A stretch of 64,000 bases of DNA from Eledone cirrhosa (taxonomy: Eukaryota), in contig OZ024745.1 of the NCBI GenBank assembly GCA_964016885.1, positions 114,948,001-115,012,000 of the forward strand, in the 5' to 3' direction. The notes under the pieces were generated by a model. It saw only the letters and a list, made by a program, of their open reading frames with translations. It had not been told where the DNA came from and ran no database searches. The translations under genes were made by a program, and so were the position numbers. This document shows positions 61,159 through 64,000 of the stretch, in pieces (position 1 is the stretch's first letter; the number at the start of each line of letters is the position of its first letter).

Positions 61159-62183
61159 GTAAGTATACAAATATTTGTCTTAACTGAATTTCAAACTAAA
61201 GCACCCAGTCCACCTTGTATGGTGGTCATGTTGGTGACATGATGAAAATGCACCCAGTTCACTCTGTAAGGTTATGGTTAGCGGTTGTGTTGGTGGCATG
61301 ATGTTAAAGCATCCAGTCCACACTATAACATGGTTGGTGTTAAGAAGGACATCCAACTGAAGAAACCAAGCCAAAATACAGATCTGTATGAGCAAGATGT
61401 GGTCCCCTGATCTGACTTTTTTCATAACGTGACAACTCGTCTAACCCATGCAAGTGTGGAAAAATGGACATTTAACAATGATGATGATGATGATGATAAA
61501 TATGGATGAATACTTTCATCATAGTTGTTAAATAAATGTTCAGTTGTAAGAATTGTAGTTGTAGTCATGGCTGTGTGATTATGAAATATGTTTTGCAAAC
61601 ATGTGGTTCTGGGTTTGATCTCACTGCACAGGACTTTGGGCATGTCCCTCTACTTCAGCCTTGGATTGACCCCATGTGAGTGAAATTGGGTTCACTGAAA
61701 CTATAGATGCCCATCAGATTTATCATCATCATCACCATTTAACATCTATTGTCCATGATTGCATGGGTTAGACATGCAGAGGCCAGACTGCTCAAGAGAG
61801 TAAGAGAGTAGAGGGCTTAATATCAATATATCTCAGCCTCTACACTACAATCATTTGATGTATGTTTCATCTTGCTTGCATGAGAATACATATAATATAT
61901 ATATATATATATGTATATACAATGATATTAAATAAATGAAAACTATATTTATAAAACCATATTTATTCTATTATATATATTTCAAGGGTACCAAAAACTT
62001 TGGTATGCTTTCATCAGATAAAATAGAAAGAGTGTTTTATAAATTTTGACATAGCCAAGGAAACCATACCTTATCAGTTGAATTTTCCTTGGGTAGTGAG
62101 ATTAAAGAACGGATTTTTCAAACTTATGGATGAATATGCAAATGAATATGTAAATAAGGTTGAGTTATATGATTGAAAAACCG

Positions 62184-62219
<36 letters not shown>

Positions 62220-62525
62220 GTAGTGTTGCTGTCATCCTTTCAATATCAATATAATAAATATCAGTATATATATATACATTGAGATTTATTCTCTCCTTGT
62301 AAAATTTGGTCCCGTAACTTGCCAAAACAGCTATCCAGACATAGAAACCAGAACATATATAAGCAAGATGTCCCTTGACTAGTCTGTGAGGATAGTAGTT
62401 CTGATAAGGTAATGACTTGGTCTGTAAATATCTGTCTAACCCATGCCAGCAGAGAAAAGTAGACAAAAGGATGTTGATATATATATATATATATCTTTAA
62501 AAGGGAAAAGGCACATGCTTTCATT

Positions 62526-62586
<61 letters not shown>

Positions 62587-62766
62587 GTATATTTATAGTG
62601 TGTTTGTGTCCAGTTTAGAATAGGGACACCATATCCCTGCATGTCATAAGAAGCGACTAAAAGGATTAGTGTCAGAAAGGGTATCCATCTATATAACATT
62701 ACCTCAAAAATTCCCATTCAGCCCATGCCAGCATGGAAAAGTTGACGTGAAAATGATGATGATGTT

Positions 62767-62803
<37 letters not shown>

Positions 62804-63070
62804 AGGAAGAAAAATGGCAAGCTGATAACAAAAGCACAAACTTCGAGCCAGTTTCTTATAGTCTTCTGACAAAGGGTTTTTAGACCCGAAATATTAGGAC
62901 AGGTAAATAAAATAATAGGTGATGCACCAACATCTTTGTTATCTTCAGTTTATTCTAAAATCTATTATCTATTTTGCATTGTCATAGCCTTCAAATAACA
63001 TACTGCTTTATATATATACAACTGTTGTATTAGATGTATTTGCATTATAAATTTCTTATTTGCATTACAG

Positions 63071-64000
63071 GTCAAGCCTCATATGGAAATACCTTTTTTC
63101 CTTATCAACAAAATGCATTTTGGCAGCAGCAGCAGCAAATACGACAGCTACCACCCAGCACTTCACAGCCATCACAGCCACCAGCCCCACTGGCTCAGAC
63201 TCAACAAAAACAGGCCATACTGCCATTTTCATTACCTGATACATCCAAACCACCACCTGCAGCATTTCTCCCTGCTACAGGTGGATTTGGTCTTCCTCAG
63301 CAACCATATCCAATAATTCCGCAACAAACCTGGAATACTTCTGTCACAACAACTACAGTCTCAACTACTTCTAACTTTAATCCCATGTACCCTCCTCACA
63401 TATTGCCACCAAGTGTACCTTTAGCTGCTGGTACTCCAATACCACTTCTGAATTTTACCTCAGTGCCACCCCCAACTTCAAGCAGTAAGGCTAGTGTTAC
63501 TAGTAGCACTACAAGCTTGACTAATTCCAGTATCAAAGAGACTGGTCGTGGTTTGCTAGCTACTCCCAATCTGTCGCAGGCAATTGCTCCTATAACATTG
63601 CCCCCCATGAATGTTCCACCTCCCGTATCATCTGCTCCTTTACAACCGCCTGGTATAGCAGCTTCTACTTTACATCCACCCGTCCTTCCTCCATTAAACA
63701 TGCCACCTCCACCAATCACAGATCCATTAAGTCGACCACTTCCCAACCTTCCACCTCATGGACATGGTCCTTCTAAATCTCCTTTAGATAATGTCCCCAT
63801 AAAAGTTTCAGTAAAAACTCCTCTTCTTCCTGATCCCATAATAACAAAACTTGTTAACAAACCTTACAATACATTACAACCTCCTGTTGGGATGCCAATA
63901 ATGCAATCATCTATGCCACCAAATGTCCCTGTTCCCACATTAGTTTCTCAACCTGCACTACCTCCTTTAACCAAACCATCTTTGCCTTCAATTCCACAAA
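63071..64000 (+). CDS. BOD1L1: BOD1L1-like protein, coding exon 4 (partial): Gln/Pro/Ser/Thr-rich low-complexity region running off the window
   Basis: TTACAG| acceptor. A phase-1 join gives S-QASYGNTFFPYQQNAFWQQQQQIRQLPP..., stop-free for ~309 codons to base 64000 in AT-rich DNA. Confidence 0.8.

Noticed and set aside
63396-63746. Gly-rich antisense ORF
   Set aside because: Shadow of the Pro-rich (CCN) sense exon.

Overview
AT-rich, repeat-dominated animal genomic DNA. The repeat landscape of tRNA-headed SINEs, RTE/CR1/Tx1/CRE LINEs, Penelope-like and mariner relics and very large (TA)n/(CATA)n fields suggests a coleoid cephalopod such as Octopus; this is inference, no search was run. The only supportable host gene is the 5' part of a BOD1/BOD1L1-family gene (COMPASS Shg1-like domain) on +: four coding exons with GT-AG introns and consistent phases, 53255 to the window end. 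The region 8.2-36.5 kb is one ~28-kb strand-polarised micro/minisatellite field whose unit changes stepwise. Ten non-LTR retroelements are inserted in it: one RTE, one Tx1/L1-like, two near-identical CR1-like copies, and six co-oriented copies of a ~610-bp element that looks like an RTE 5' UTR fused to an RTE 3' end. One of the six has a readable 31-bp target-site duplication. This microsatellite-homing element nest is the best candidate for an undescribed system. The long YI/IY-repeat ORFs are artefacts. Family names come from motif recognition by eye, and most repeat boundaries are approximate (about +/-10-20 bp).
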